Shown here piece after piece: positions 48,228-58,027 of a stretch of DNA of 64,000 nucleotides. Both the position numbers and the translations under genes were made by a program. Location: the NCBI GenBank assembly GCA_037142615.1, contig JBAXAI010000006.1:1-64000 (forward strand). The letters run 5' to 3'. The notes under the pieces are model-generated. The model saw only the letters and a list, made by a program, of their open reading frames with translations, made no database searches and had not been told where the DNA came from. The stretch is from Spirochaetales bacterium (GTDB lineage Bacteria > Spirochaetota > Spirochaetia > JABEVK01). Numbering within the stretch: the first letter of the stretch is position 1; every line of letters begins with the position of its first letter.

Positions 48228-49244
48228 CTAGCAACTTTCCCGGATGATCAATTCGGGCCGTCCCACCAACGAGTGGACAGGAGTCGGCACGTCGCGAAGG
48301 GTCGCGAGGAGAGTTCGTGCCGCCATGGAACCGAGACCATAGAGGTCGGTGGTCACGACCGTCAGGCCAGGCGTGAGAAACGGCGCCAGCGGGTAGTTGT
48401 CGAAGGCAACCACCCCGAGGTCCTCGGGGATACGAAGGCCCAGGTGCAACGCGACCCGGTACACAAGGGCAGCGACAAAGTTGCTGGTGCAGACAACGCC
48501 GTCGGGCCGAACGCCGACGGGCCGCCCGAGCACGGCCTCCAGGGCCTCGAACGAACCGGTTTGGTCGGCAATGGGGAAGCCGACGATCAGATCTTCCCGA
48601 AACGGTACGTGGGAGGCCTTCAGTTCCGTGCGGTAGCCTTCGCAGCGATTTTGTGAGATTGGATCGTCGGCCGGGCCCCCGAAGAACCCCGGATTCGTCA
48701 TTCCCCGGACGACCAGGTGGCTGGTCGCCAGCCGGCCAGCGGCGACGTCATCCACGTCAACGGTGCAAAAGTTGCCTCCGCCCTGGTGATTTCCGATGAC
48801 CACTACCGGCAGATGGTGCGTCTGGGCGTAGGGGATCACCTTGGTCTCGATGGCTGAGGAATGGATGATCAGCCCGTCGACTTTCTTGGTCTGCACCAAC
48901 CGTTCGACCGTGCCCTCGAGGTCGCGATCGTCGTCGACGGTGAGCACGCTCACCATGTAGCCTTCGCGCTGGAGCACCTGCTCGATGCCGCCGAGGATTT
49001 CGAAGTAGTACGGCCCCTGAAAAATGCTGTTCTTCTGGAACTGCATGACAACCGCAATGTTGTTGCTCGACTGCAGGACGAAGTTGCGGGCAATCTGGCT
49101 CGGGTGGTAGTCGAGGTCCTTCATCACCTTGCGGACCCGCTTGGCCGTCTCTTCCGAGATACGACCCGTCCCGTTGATCACCTTGCTGACCGTGGATATG
49201 GCAACGCCGGACTGCCGGGCGACCTCTTGGATGTTCACTGCCAT
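48228..49244 (-). CDS. LacI family regulator
   Basis: IQEVARQSGVAISTVSKVIN, IPEDLGVVAFDN, PGLT, LIIRES. Confidence 0.95.
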   Translation of the reverse strand: MAVNIQEVARQSGVAISTVSKVINGTGRISEETAKRVRKVMKDLDYHPSQIARNFVLQSSNNIAVVMQFQKNSIFQGPYYFEILGGIEQVLQREGYMVSVLTVDDDRDLEGTVERLVQTKKVDGLIIHSSAIETKVIPYAQTHHLPVVVIGNHQGGGNFCTVDVDDVAAGRLATSHLVVRGMTNPGFFGGPADDPISQNRCEGYRTELKASHVPFREDLIVGFPIADQTGSFEALEAVLGRPVGVRPDGVVCTSNFVAALVYRVALHLGLRIPEDLGVVAFDNYPLAPFLTPGLTVVTTDLYGLGSMAARTLLATLRDVPTPVHSLVGRPELIIRESC

Positions 49245-49301
49245 AGTGACTGAACCATAGAACATCGGTGGGGACTTGCCAAGGCAGGGTATGGTTCCCC
49301 G

Positions 49302-49994
49302 CTAAGTCAGCTTTCCATTGAGCCGTGCGGTCCAAACGGTCAAAAAGGCCCCGCCGCCGATGCTGAAGGCTTCCAGCAAGAACTGAGCTGGAGTCTGAAA
49401 CACGGGGCCGAAGAACAGAAACACGGCGGTGTACCAGGTGATGAGCATGCAAGTGAACGCTCCCCACAGAAGGGCCGACTGTCCTGTGGCGTTGCCGCGA
49501 GTCGCCGTACGTCGGATTCCGTACGCAACGCCCAGCGAAGCCACTCCGCCGAAGGTGAAGATGTAGATCGGGTCGCCCAGCATTTCTTTGGCGGCATACC
49601 AGATAATCAGCCCGGCCACGACCGACCCTACCAAGAGCCAGGCATATTGCGCTCGGGTACCGCTGGGGAAAATTTCGTCCTTGCCGTATTTCCAAACCTG
49701 CCAGATAAACAGCAGTTCGAAGGCCGAAGTCGGGATCAAGGCGACCCAGAACAACTCGACGTACCAGTGCTGGTAGGTACCAAACCACTCCCCGCCGCGG
49801 AAGACAAACGAGATGTCATGGGCAAACCAAGCCGTCGAGACGGTCAGAGGAAGGGCAAAGGCCTTGTCACGCCGACCAGCGCGGATCGCTTCGGCAAAAA
49901 AGGAGTAGTTGAAGACCATGGCGAAGGCTCCGAGAGCCAGAAACAGAACCGGGTTCGTGTCGACCGACGCCAGCAAGGCGCGAGGATCATACAT
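49302..49994 (-). CDS. Integral membrane protein, PaxB/Pyr4-like transmembrane terpene-cyclase-like
   Basis: About 7 TM; AIRAGRRDKAFALP...WFAHD, WQVWKYG, GQSALLW resemble family motifs. Confidence 0.45.
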   Translation of the reverse strand: MYDPRALLASVDTNPVLFLALGAFAMVFNYSFFAEAIRAGRRDKAFALPLTVSTAWFAHDISFVFRGGEWFGTYQHWYVELFWVALIPTSAFELLFIWQVWKYGKDEIFPSGTRAQYAWLLVGSVVAGLIIWYAAKEMLGDPIYIFTFGGVASLGVAYGIRRTATRGNATGQSALLWGAFTCMLITWYTAVFLFFGPVFQTPAQFLLEAFSIGGGAFLTVWTARLNGKLT

Positions 49995-50051
49995 GGGTCA
50001 CCTCCAAAGGCTTACATGATCGATCCAGTTAGGAATGCCGTCAAGGCACGT

Positions 50052-51941
50052 TTACGTCTTCAGGGCAGCAACCCGGACTTCAAGGTCGCGGCCTTGCTCG
50101 TACGAAGCCGCTTCTTCTCTTTCGAGCTGGGCCATGTTCCGGTCGAGGACTTCCACGGTGGACTCAATCTGCCTTAGTTCGTCCAGGGCAGTTTGACCCA
50201 GGGTGACCGTTTCGGCCAGAACCGCCTCGATCTCGTGCACGAGCAGCCCCGACTGGGCCGTTTCGGACTGCAGGACCCGGCTTCCTCCAACCACGGCATC
50301 GAGCTCCGAGGTGGCCTGCCGGCTGGTGGAAGCCGAATCGGCGAGGCGCCTTTCGAGAACCTCGAGCATCCCGGTGACCGTAGCCACCGAAGAGACCAGC
50401 GAGCGGATGCTCTGGGTGGTGCGGTCGGCCGAGACCCTCGCATCGACAAGCAGAGTCGTTACCTCTTGAATATTGGCCGTGATCTTGACCGCGCTGGTGC
50501 GGGACCCTTCGGCAAGTTTTCGGATTTCGGTGGCAACAACCGAGAAACCCCGGCCCGCCGAGCCCGCATGCGCCGCTTCGATCGACGCGTTCATCGCAAG
50601 CAGATTGGTCTGATCGCCCAAGTTTTGGATCACTTGAACAGCTTCCTGGATCACCTCGGTCGAGGCTCCCACCTTGCGGATCACGTCGAGGAGGTGATCG
50701 AGATCCCCCTCGCCGGTGGCGGCCAACGAGCGCATGGCGGTGCCGTCGTTCGCACCGGTCTGCGCTTCTTGGGCCAGAGTCCTGAGCGTTGCAGCCAGTT
50801 CCTGCACGGTTGCCCCGCTGGTACCCACTTTTTCGGCCTGGGCATTCACCTGGGCAACTGTCTGGTCGAGAAACACCGCGATGGACCTTCCGGACTCACT
50901 GGCGAGTACCAGCTTGCCCTGCAGGGTGCCAAACTCGGTCGACAACTTGCGGGACCTCTCCCGAAGCGCAGCCAGCTGTTCATGATTGGTTTCCCCGGCC
51001 TGTCGAAGGTTGGCATGCGAGTCCGAATTGCGCTTGACGTTAGCTTTGATCTCCGAGACCAACTGGGCGAGGCTCCCCAAAAACACGTTGAAGTCCGACG
51101 CAAGGTAACCCAACTCGTCGCGGGCGGGACTTTGAGCGATTCTGGTGAGGTCGGCCTTGCCTGCACGGAAGTCAGCGAAGAGTGCTTTGAGCGTGCCACT
51201 GAGGTTGCGAACCGGTGCGGTCACTTGCCGGGCCATCAGCATCAGGTTCAGACTTGCGACAATGGCGACGACCGCTGTCGTCCACAACAGCCTAACGAAC
51301 AAGTCGTCAATGTGGACTTCTCCCTTGTGGACAGTGGCCAGCGCAACCAGCCCCATCGTGAGGGCGGCGCCCACCAGGTTGAAGACGAAGCTGATGGTCA
51401 GTTTGCCGGTCAGGCTCAGAAAACGGTGCTTCAGCGACAGAGGAATATCCGAGGCAAACTCTTCCAGTCGCATCATCATCAGAATGAGGAAAGGAATCGA
51501 GAACAGGAGGATGAGCGGGATACCCAGGAGTTCGGCGATCAGGTAGCCCCAGCCATCGAGAAAGGGGTGATCCAGGGTTTGACCCAGCAGCGCCACGTTG
51601 GGCCCTGCAACGCAATAGATCGCCATGGCGACGATGGAAAACACCGGCAGGAACGCCACGCCCTTTTGCGCGGCCTCCAGCTTTTCAGGAGAAGGCGCCT
51701 TTCGGTAGTCCTCCAGCCGGGCCAGCCGCCTTTGAGCCAGGAACAAGATGGCCCCGATAAACACAGCGCAATACGCCCAGATGTAAGGCGTGAGGATGAT
51801 CTTCGTCAGAAGTTGCTCGAAGTTCCAGACCCCGACGAGAAGTCCACCGACCATCCAGAGCGCCGGCGGCCCCAGGAAGGCCAAGGTAAGCCAAGTGAGG
51901 ACCTGCAACGCTGTTGCGGGTTTGGGTTCGGAACTTTTCAT
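50052..51941 (-). CDS. Methyl-accepting chemotaxis protein
   Basis: Multi-TM N-terminus, HAMP ([12 protein letters not shown]), [35 protein letters not shown]. Confidence 0.93.
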   Translation of the reverse strand: MKSSEPKPATALQVLTWLTLAFLGPPALWMVGGLLVGVWNFEQLLTKIILTPYIWAYCAVFIGAILFLAQRRLARLEDYRKAPSPEKLEAAQKGVAFLPVFSIVAMAIYCVAGPNVALLGQTLDHPFLDGWGYLIAELLGIPLILLFSIPFLILMMMRLEEFASDIPLSLKHRFLSLTGKLTISFVFNLVGAALTMGLVALATVHKGEVHIDDLFVRLLWTTAVVAIVASLNLMLMARQVTAPVRNLSGTLKALFADFRAGKADLTRIAQSPARDELGYLASDFNVFLGSLAQLVSEIKANVKRNSDSHANLRQAGETNHEQLAALRERSRKLSTEFGTLQGKLVLASESGRSIAVFLDQTVAQVNAQAEKVGTSGATVQELAATLRTLAQEAQTGANDGTAMRSLAATGEGDLDHLLDVIRKVGASTEVIQEAVQVIQNLGDQTNLLAMNASIEAAHAGSAGRGFSVVATEIRKLAEGSRTSAVKITANIQEVTTLLVDARVSADRTTQSIRSLVSSVATVTGMLEVLERRLADSASTSRQATSELDAVVGGSRVLQSETAQSGLLVHEIEAVLAETVTLGQTALDELRQIESTVEVLDRNMAQLEREEAASYEQGRDLEVRVAALKT

Positions 51942-52016
51942 CGATGAAACTCCTGCTACGACAAGCATCGTAGAGGCTTTGTCCGGCCGCAAGCCCCACC
52001 CAAGGCCCTGCCTGAA

Positions 52017-52739
52017 TCAGGCCCGGGCCGGCCAAGCCGCCTTGCGTTCGGCGACGAACGCCTCAAAACGCTCGAGCGTCGCGTTGATCACCAGCGCTTC
52101 GGACGCGCCCACGGTGTCGAGGAGTTCGAGGGCCGTGGTGAAGTTGCCGACATCGCCATGGAAGTGCGCGTCGCTTCCGACCACCATGCGGGTGCCGGTC
52201 TGGGCACACAGGCGGGCGATGGCAAGGCAGTTGTCGTAGCACCCGTGCCGGACGACAAACGACGAGTTGTTGATCTCGAGGGCCTTGCCGTGAACCCGTG
52301 CAGCTTCGACGACGGTTTCGAAATCAATGGGAAACGCCGGGTTGCCCGGGTGCGAGATGGCGGCCGTCCAGGGGTTGGCGAGGGCGGCCACCAGGGTGGC
52401 GGTATTCTCGGCCCGCGAGCGGGGGGCGAAGCTCACGTCGTGAAAGCCCGCAAGGATGAAGTCCAGCCGAGCCAACTCGCCGCCAAGGTCGAGCTCGCCG
52501 CCCGCCAGGATGTTGGCCTCGATGCCCTTGAAAAAGCGCACGCCGCGCAACGTCGAGGGAATAACGCGCAAATTGCCAAAGTGCCACGGATGCGACTCGC
52601 CGGGCATGGAGGGTCCGTGGTCGGTGAGTACGAAGCCCGCCAAGCCGCGCTCGAAGGCGGCCTGCGCCAGTTCAGTGACGGTGGAATAGGCGTGGCTCGA
52701 GGCTACGGAATGGGTGTGCGTGTCGACGGCGATGCGCAT
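52017..52739 (-). CDS. ycdX: PHP-family phosphatase
   Basis: DTHTHS, HAYST, TDHGP, GIEAN, SHPGNP, EINNSS, GSDAH. Confidence 0.88.
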   Translation of the reverse strand: MRIAVDTHTHSVASSHAYSTVTELAQAAFERGLAGFVLTDHGPSMPGESHPWHFGNLRVIPSTLRGVRFFKGIEANILAGGELDLGGELARLDFILAGFHDVSFAPRSRAENTATLVAALANPWTAAISHPGNPAFPIDFETVVEAARVHGKALEINNSSFVVRHGCYDNCLAIARLCAQTGTRMVVGSDAHFHGDVGNFTTALELLDTVGASEALVINATLERFEAFVAERKAAWPARA

Positions 52740-52742
52740 GGC

Positions 52743-53390
52743 TTACAGACCCCACCAAAGCGCCAACTGCTCGAAGTCGTCGACGGCGTGGACGCAGCCG
52801 GCCGCCAGCAATTCGGCTGCGGTGTACGACGTTGTCAGGCCCACGACGGCGGCCCCGGCGGCCCGTGCGCCCTGCACGCCGCCCAGCGTGTCCTCGACCA
52901 CCACGGCGTGGAGCGGGGCCACGCCCAACTTGGCCAGCGTGGCCAGAAACACCTCGGGGTCGGGCTTCCCCCGCGAAACCTGATGGCCGCCGGTCACGGC
53001 ATCGAAGGCAGTGGCCAGACCGAGGCCGCCAAGCGTGTAGTCGATGTTGGTCTGGTCGCCCATGGTCGCCAAGCCCAGCTTGAGACCCGAGCGCCGCAGC
53101 GCATCCAACAGGGCGCTCAGGCCCCGCACCTCGCTCAGGTGGGGACGGTACAGCTCGCGGTAGGTGGTCTCCTTGAGCTGACCGACCCGCAGCACCTCGT
53201 CGGCGGGGGTGTCCTGGCCCAAAAAGGCGCGCACCACTTCCTCGAGGCTGCCATGATTTTGCGACTTGATGCGTTCGGCGCTCAGCGGCCGCCCAACACG
53301 CTCGAGCACCACCTGCCACGCTTGCAGGTGGTACGGGATGTTATCGACCAACGTCCCGTCCATGTCGAAGACGACCGCTTGAGGAAGCAC
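52743..53390 (-). CDS. HAD-family phosphatase (beta-PGM-like)
   Basis: FDMDGTLVD, GKPDPEVF, VVEDTLGGV. Confidence 0.92.
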   Translation of the reverse strand: MLPQAVVFDMDGTLVDNIPYHLQAWQVVLERVGRPLSAERIKSQNHGSLEEVVRAFLGQDTPADEVLRVGQLKETTYRELYRPHLSEVRGLSALLDALRRSGLKLGLATMGDQTNIDYTLGGLGLATAFDAVTGGHQVSRGKPDPEVFLATLAKLGVAPLHAVVVEDTLGGVQGARAAGAAVVGLTTSYTAAELLAAGCVHAVDDFEQLALWWGL

Positions 53391-53402
53391 GCGAATCAGA
53401 AC

Positions 53403-54392
53403 CTACACCAGTTCGCGCTTGCGCTTTTGTGTGTAGCTGTCGAGCCACAAAATGGCCACAATGACAGTTCCCTTGAGCATCATCTGGTACCACGACGGGA
53501 TGTTGAGCACGTTCATCGCGTTGTCGAGCAAGCCGAACAGCAGCAGGCCCAGCACCGACTGCCAGATGCCGCCCACGCCACCGGCGAACGACGTGCCGCC
53601 CACGACGACACCGCAGTTGACTACCAGCGCGGTGAAGTCACCGTAGATGGCCGAGCCGGTGTTGAGCTTCGACGAAAGGAGCACGCCGCCCAAAGCCGCC
53701 ATGGTGCCACTGATGACCAGCGTCATCCACTTGTTCTTGATGACGTCGATACCCGAGTACCGCGCCACGTCGTAGTCGCCGCCGATGGCGTAGAGGTTGC
53801 GACCAAACGCCGTGTACCGGATCAACCACGCGAAGAAGATGAAGCACACGACCATGATGATCACGAGGTTGGGGATGCCCGGAAAGTGCCCCGGGGTGAA
53901 TTGCCCGTCGCCCAACTGGTAGCCGTTGGCGATGTTCATGAAGTCGGGGTTGCTGGCGGGCACGGGGTGCGCGTCCGACAATTGCTGGGCCACGCCTGTG
54001 AGCAACAGGCCTACGCCGAGAGTGATGATGAACGGCTCGGTCTTCTGTTGCACCACGAGGAACCCGTTCACAAAGCCCACCAAGGTGCCAAACAGAACGG
54101 CCACCAAGAGGGCCAGCGGCATGGGCATGAAGTCCTGCAGCTTGATCGACAAGATGCCCGAAACCACTAAAATGCCGCCGATGGACAGGTCGCAACCGCC
54201 GGCAATGATGGTGAGGGTGACGCCCAAGCCCAGGATGACAAGGATGGTGGACGAATTGAGCATGTCGAGCAGGTTGTAGGAACTGAAGAAAATGCGACTG
54301 GGGTCGCCCCCGGCGAGGATCATGACAACCACGATCACCGCGATGGCCACCAGCGCCTTTTGCTGCGTGAAAAGACGATAGACTCTGTTCAT
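53403..54392 (-). CDS. Monosaccharide ABC permease (RbsC-like)
   Basis: DLSIG, FIITLG, FGRNLYAIGG, VVGGTSFAGGVG. Confidence 0.92.
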   Translation of the reverse strand: MNRVYRLFTQQKALVAIAVIVVVMILAGGDPSRIFFSSYNLLDMLNSSTILVILGLGVTLTIIAGGCDLSIGGILVVSGILSIKLQDFMPMPLALLVAVLFGTLVGFVNGFLVVQQKTEPFIITLGVGLLLTGVAQQLSDAHPVPASNPDFMNIANGYQLGDGQFTPGHFPGIPNLVIIMVVCFIFFAWLIRYTAFGRNLYAIGGDYDVARYSGIDVIKNKWMTLVISGTMAALGGVLLSSKLNTGSAIYGDFTALVVNCGVVVGGTSFAGGVGGIWQSVLGLLLFGLLDNAMNVLNIPSWYQMMLKGTVIVAILWLDSYTQKRKRELV

Positions 54393-55357
54393 AGCTGGTT
54401 CCCCTGCACTTCTTTGCGGTTGTCGAGCCAGATGGCGAAGACGAGGATGGCGCCGCGCGCGGCCCACTGCATGTACGAAGACACGCCCAAGAGGTTCAGA
54501 CAGTTGTTCAGAAGGATGACCAGCAGAACGCCCATGACGGTGCGCAACACGCTGCCCTTGCCACCCTTGAGCGTGGTGCCGCCCACCACGACGGCCAGAA
54601 TCGCGTTCGTCTCGAAGCCGGCGCCAATGACCGGAGCGGCCGTCGTGATTCGGCTGAACAACACGATGGCGCCCATGGCCGCCATGAAGCCGGCAATGGT
54701 GTAGATGAGCACAATGGAGCGGTTGGTGGGTACACCCGACAGACGCGCCGCCGTTTTGTTACCACCTGTGAGCGAGATGGCCCGGCCCGCAGCCGTCTTG
54801 GTGTGGAACACCCACAGCACCGCGAGCGCAAACAGGAAGATGACAAACGAAATGGAAAGGGGTCCCAGGCTCCCGGCACCGATAGCCTCGAAGATGTCCG
54901 GCGGTGCTTTGAGGTCCCAAAAGTGGAACGTAGACCCGCCCGAATAGATGAGCGCCACCGACGAGTACACGGTGCTCATACCGAAGGTGATGAATAACGC
55001 CTCGGCTTGTGTGGTGGCACCGCCGGTCAGGATGAGCACCGCGTTGAGCGCGCCGCAGATGCTGCCGAGCACCAGACCGGTGGCCAAAGCCCCCACCTGA
55101 CCCAGTGGATCAATCAGCGAAATCGTCACCACGGCGACCAGGTTGATGGTGCCGGCCACCGAAAGGTCGATGAACCCGCCGACGATGACGAAGGTCATGC
55201 CCAGCGACACCAAGATGAGCGGACCAAACTGCCGCATGATGTTCACCAGGTTGGCCGGCGAAATGAACTTCGGCTGGATGATGGCCGTGACCAACGCCAG
55301 CCCGAGGATCATGACGAACACGAGGTAGTCTTTGAGAAAGGAACCGATCTTGTTCAT
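54389..55357 (-). CDS. Monosaccharide ABC permease (RbsC-like)
   Basis: IDLSV, GGNKTAARLSGV, AVVVGGTTLKGGKG. Confidence 0.92.
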   Translation of the reverse strand: MNKIGSFLKDYLVFVMILGLALVTAIIQPKFISPANLVNIMRQFGPLILVSLGMTFVIVGGFIDLSVAGTINLVAVVTISLIDPLGQVGALATGLVLGSICGALNAVLILTGGATTQAEALFITFGMSTVYSSVALIYSGGSTFHFWDLKAPPDIFEAIGAGSLGPLSISFVIFLFALAVLWVFHTKTAAGRAISLTGGNKTAARLSGVPTNRSIVLIYTIAGFMAAMGAIVLFSRITTAAPVIGAGFETNAILAVVVGGTTLKGGKGSVLRTVMGVLLVILLNNCLNLLGVSSYMQWAARGAILVFAIWLDNRKEVQGNQL

Positions 55358-56853
55358 GAAGCGTCTCCGGCTAGGCCCAGTGCGGCCCGCATGATGATGT
55401 CCGCCGGAACGTGCTCGGGTTCGAACTCGCCGGTGATATGGCCGTCGTAGATCGTGAGCACGCGGTTGCTCATGTTGAGCACTTCGGGCAGTTCGGACGA
55501 AATGAGAATGACCGCACCCCCCTTCTCGGCGATTTCTTTCATCAGCACGTAGATTTCGTACTTGGCGCCGACGTCGATTCCCTTGGTCGGTTCGTCCATG
55601 ATGAAGATACTGGGCCCGATTTCGAGCCACCGGCCCACGATGCACTTCTGCTGATTACCACCCGACAGGTTCTTGATGGCCACCCTGGTGTTGGGAGTCT
55701 TGACGCGCAGCGATTGAACCTGCCGCGCGCCGATGCCCCTTTCGAGTGACTTGCGGATGAACCCGAACCGCGTGAAGCGTTCGAGCGAGGCCATCGAGAT
55801 GTTTTGCTCCACCGAGAAGGGCAACACGAGGCCCTGCAGCTTTCGGTCCTCGGGGATGAGCCCAAGCCCGGCATCTTTGGCTTGCTTGGGGTTGTGGATG
55901 GTCACGGGCTTGCCGTTGATGGTGGTGGTGTGGCCTCGGACCCGGTCTGCGCCGAAAATGGCGCGCACGATTTCGGTGCGACCGGCGCCCACGAGGCCCA
56001 CGAGGCCGAGAATCTCGCCCTTGCGAAGTCGGAAGTTGACGTCGTGCAACTTGCGGGTATTGAGCCCCTTCACTTCCATGAGGGTTTCCCCCACGTTGCG
56101 CGAACGCTGCGGGTACTCGTTCTCGATGGTACGTCCGACCATCTTGGTGATGAGCTCGTCGCGGGTGAACTCGCTCTTGGGTTTGGTGTCGATGACATTG
56201 CCGTCGCGCATGACCGTGACGATGTCGCAGAAGTCAAAGATTTCTTCCAGTTTATGGCTGATGTAGATGATGGAGATGCCGCGGGCTTTGAGCTGGTGGA
56301 TGATTTTGACCAGCAGGGTCATTTCCTCGTTGGTCAGGCTCGTGCTGGGCTCATCCATGATGATGAGCTTGGACTGGAACGAGAGCGCCTTGGAAATCTC
56401 GACCATCTGCTTGGTCGAGACGCTCAGTTCTGAAACGAGCTTGGTCGTACTGACCTTGCAGCCGATGCTGTCGAGCAACTCGCGGGCCTTGGCGTGGGTG
56501 CCGCGCATGCCTTTCATTTCTTTGAAACGGCCGAGGAAGATGTTCTCGCCGACGCTCATGGCGCTCACCAGGTTGAGTTCCTGGTAGATGATGGCCAAGC
56601 CCCGGTGCATGGACTCGTGGGGGGTTGTGGTTTCGATGGTCTGGCCATCGAAAATGATGGTCCCGGTGTCTTTTTTGTAGACGCCGGAGAGGATTTTCAT
56701 TAGGGTGGATTTGCCGGCACCATTTTCGCCGACCACGCCGTGTACGGTGCCGCGCTGAACATCAATGGAGACGCCGTTTAGGGCCCGGACGCCCGGGAAT
56801 GACTTGGTGACGTCCCTGATGGACAAAATGTAATCGGTGGTTGGTGTGTCCAT
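55354..56853 (-). CDS. Monosaccharide ABC ATP-binding protein (RbsA-like)
   Basis: GENGAGKS, MDEP, LSGGNQQK, ISSELPE. Confidence 0.95.
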   Translation of the reverse strand: MDTPTTDYILSIRDVTKSFPGVRALNGVSIDVQRGTVHGVVGENGAGKSTLMKILSGVYKKDTGTIIFDGQTIETTTPHESMHRGLAIIYQELNLVSAMSVGENIFLGRFKEMKGMRGTHAKARELLDSIGCKVSTTKLVSELSVSTKQMVEISKALSFQSKLIIMDEPSTSLTNEEMTLLVKIIHQLKARGISIIYISHKLEEIFDFCDIVTVMRDGNVIDTKPKSEFTRDELITKMVGRTIENEYPQRSRNVGETLMEVKGLNTRKLHDVNFRLRKGEILGLVGLVGAGRTEIVRAIFGADRVRGHTTTINGKPVTIHNPKQAKDAGLGLIPEDRKLQGLVLPFSVEQNISMASLERFTRFGFIRKSLERGIGARQVQSLRVKTPNTRVAIKNLSGGNQQKCIVGRWLEIGPSIFIMDEPTKGIDVGAKYEIYVLMKEIAEKGGAVILISSELPEVLNMSNRVLTIYDGHITGEFEPEHVPADIIMRAALGLAGDAS

Positions 56854-56883
56854 AAGTCCTTACCTGCAGTGGATTCGATACCG

Positions 56884-56921
56884 AAAAAGAAGGCCCGCCC
56901 CACCTTGCGGCGGAACGGGCC
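56884..56921 (-). terminator. Intrinsic terminator/stabilising hairpin after SBP gene
   Basis: GGCCCGTTCCGCC-GCAA-GGTGGGGCGGGCC followed by TTCTTTTT. Confidence 0.8.
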
Positions 56922-56937
56922 CGGTCTCAACGACCTT

Positions 56938-57879
56938 CTACCACTGGGGCAGCGGGTAGTTGTTGACGGTGGTCTTGTCGTAGATGATCTGGGGGATGAC
57001 GTTGAAGGGAGTAACCTTCTTGCCAGCCAGAACATCCTTGGCGAGGCTCAGTTCCTTCTTCGCCATGGCGGTGAAGTCCTGAGCAATCGACACGGCCTGA
57101 TCGCCGCTCTTGACCTGAACGTAGCCGGCCTTGTTGCCGTCAACGCCCACGATGAACAGGTTCTTCAACCCGGCAGCCTTGGCAGCCTGGATGACGCCCG
57201 TGGCACCGTTGTCCCAATGCACGAACACGCCTTGGATCTTGTCACCGTACTTGACGATGTCGTCTTCCATGATGGCCTGAGCTTGGTCGGTCGCCCACTG
57301 CTGGCAAGCCTTGAAGTCCAGAACGGTGATCTTCGAGCCCTTGATGCCCTTGTCGCCGTTGAAGCCGTCGTGGCGGCTCAGCTGAGCGTTGTGGCCGGCC
57401 TGACCGCCGATTTCGACAATCGTGGCACCCTTGGGGAAGGCCTTGATCATCTGCTGAGCGGCCAGCTGACCACCGAGCACGTCGTCGCTCGAAGCGGCAA
57501 AGTCACGGTATTGCACGTCGGTGCCGACGAGTTCAGACGAGAACATACCGACGACGACCTTGGCATCGTGAGCCTTCTTGAGGGCGGGGACGATGGCATG
57601 GATGTCGTTCGGGTTGACGAAGATCGCCTTGAAGCCCTGGGCGATACAAGTCGTCACGATCTGCGATTCGGCCTGGGTATCACCCTTGGCGTCGAACGTG
57701 GATACGTCGAAACCGTAGTCAGGACCATACTTGACGAATTCCTTCGCCGAGAAGGCCTGCGACTCATTGGCCTGATTGGACACAATGAACGCGACTTTGA
57801 CGTTAGCAGCCGACGCGCCCATTGCGAGTCCAACCATCAGCACGAGCCCGATAGCCAATGCCTTGGAAAACCTTACCAT
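56938..57879 (-). CDS. Monosaccharide ABC substrate-binding protein (RbsB-like)
   Basis: Signal peptide; DAKGD..AE, RHDGF, VGVDG, SIAQ; RBS GGAGG. Confidence 0.92.
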   Translation of the reverse strand: MVRFSKALAIGLVLMVGLAMGASAANVKVAFIVSNQANESQAFSAKEFVKYGPDYGFDVSTFDAKGDTQAESQIVTTCIAQGFKAIFVNPNDIHAIVPALKKAHDAKVVVGMFSSELVGTDVQYRDFAASSDDVLGGQLAAQQMIKAFPKGATIVEIGGQAGHNAQLSRHDGFNGDKGIKGSKITVLDFKACQQWATDQAQAIMEDDIVKYGDKIQGVFVHWDNGATGVIQAAKAAGLKNLFIVGVDGNKAGYVQVKSGDQAVSIAQDFTAMAKKELSLAKDVLAGKKVTPFNVIPQIIYDKTTVNNYPLPQW

Positions 57880-58027
57880 AGAATACCTCCATGAAAACAT
57901 TCAGCGAAGCACAAAAGCGCCCGCAATTCTCTAGATCCTCAGCCCAAAACAGTCACATGTCAACAACATTCTTTCATAAGAAAGCCAAATCACTTCACAC
58001 GCGTGAAATCTGAATCCACTTTGGGTT

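Noticed and set aside
57935-58007. TTGACA and short palindromes upstream of the monosaccharide SBP
   Set aside because: Likely a promoter region, but the -10 (GAGGAT) is weak and the palindromes are only 5-bp arms; not enough to call
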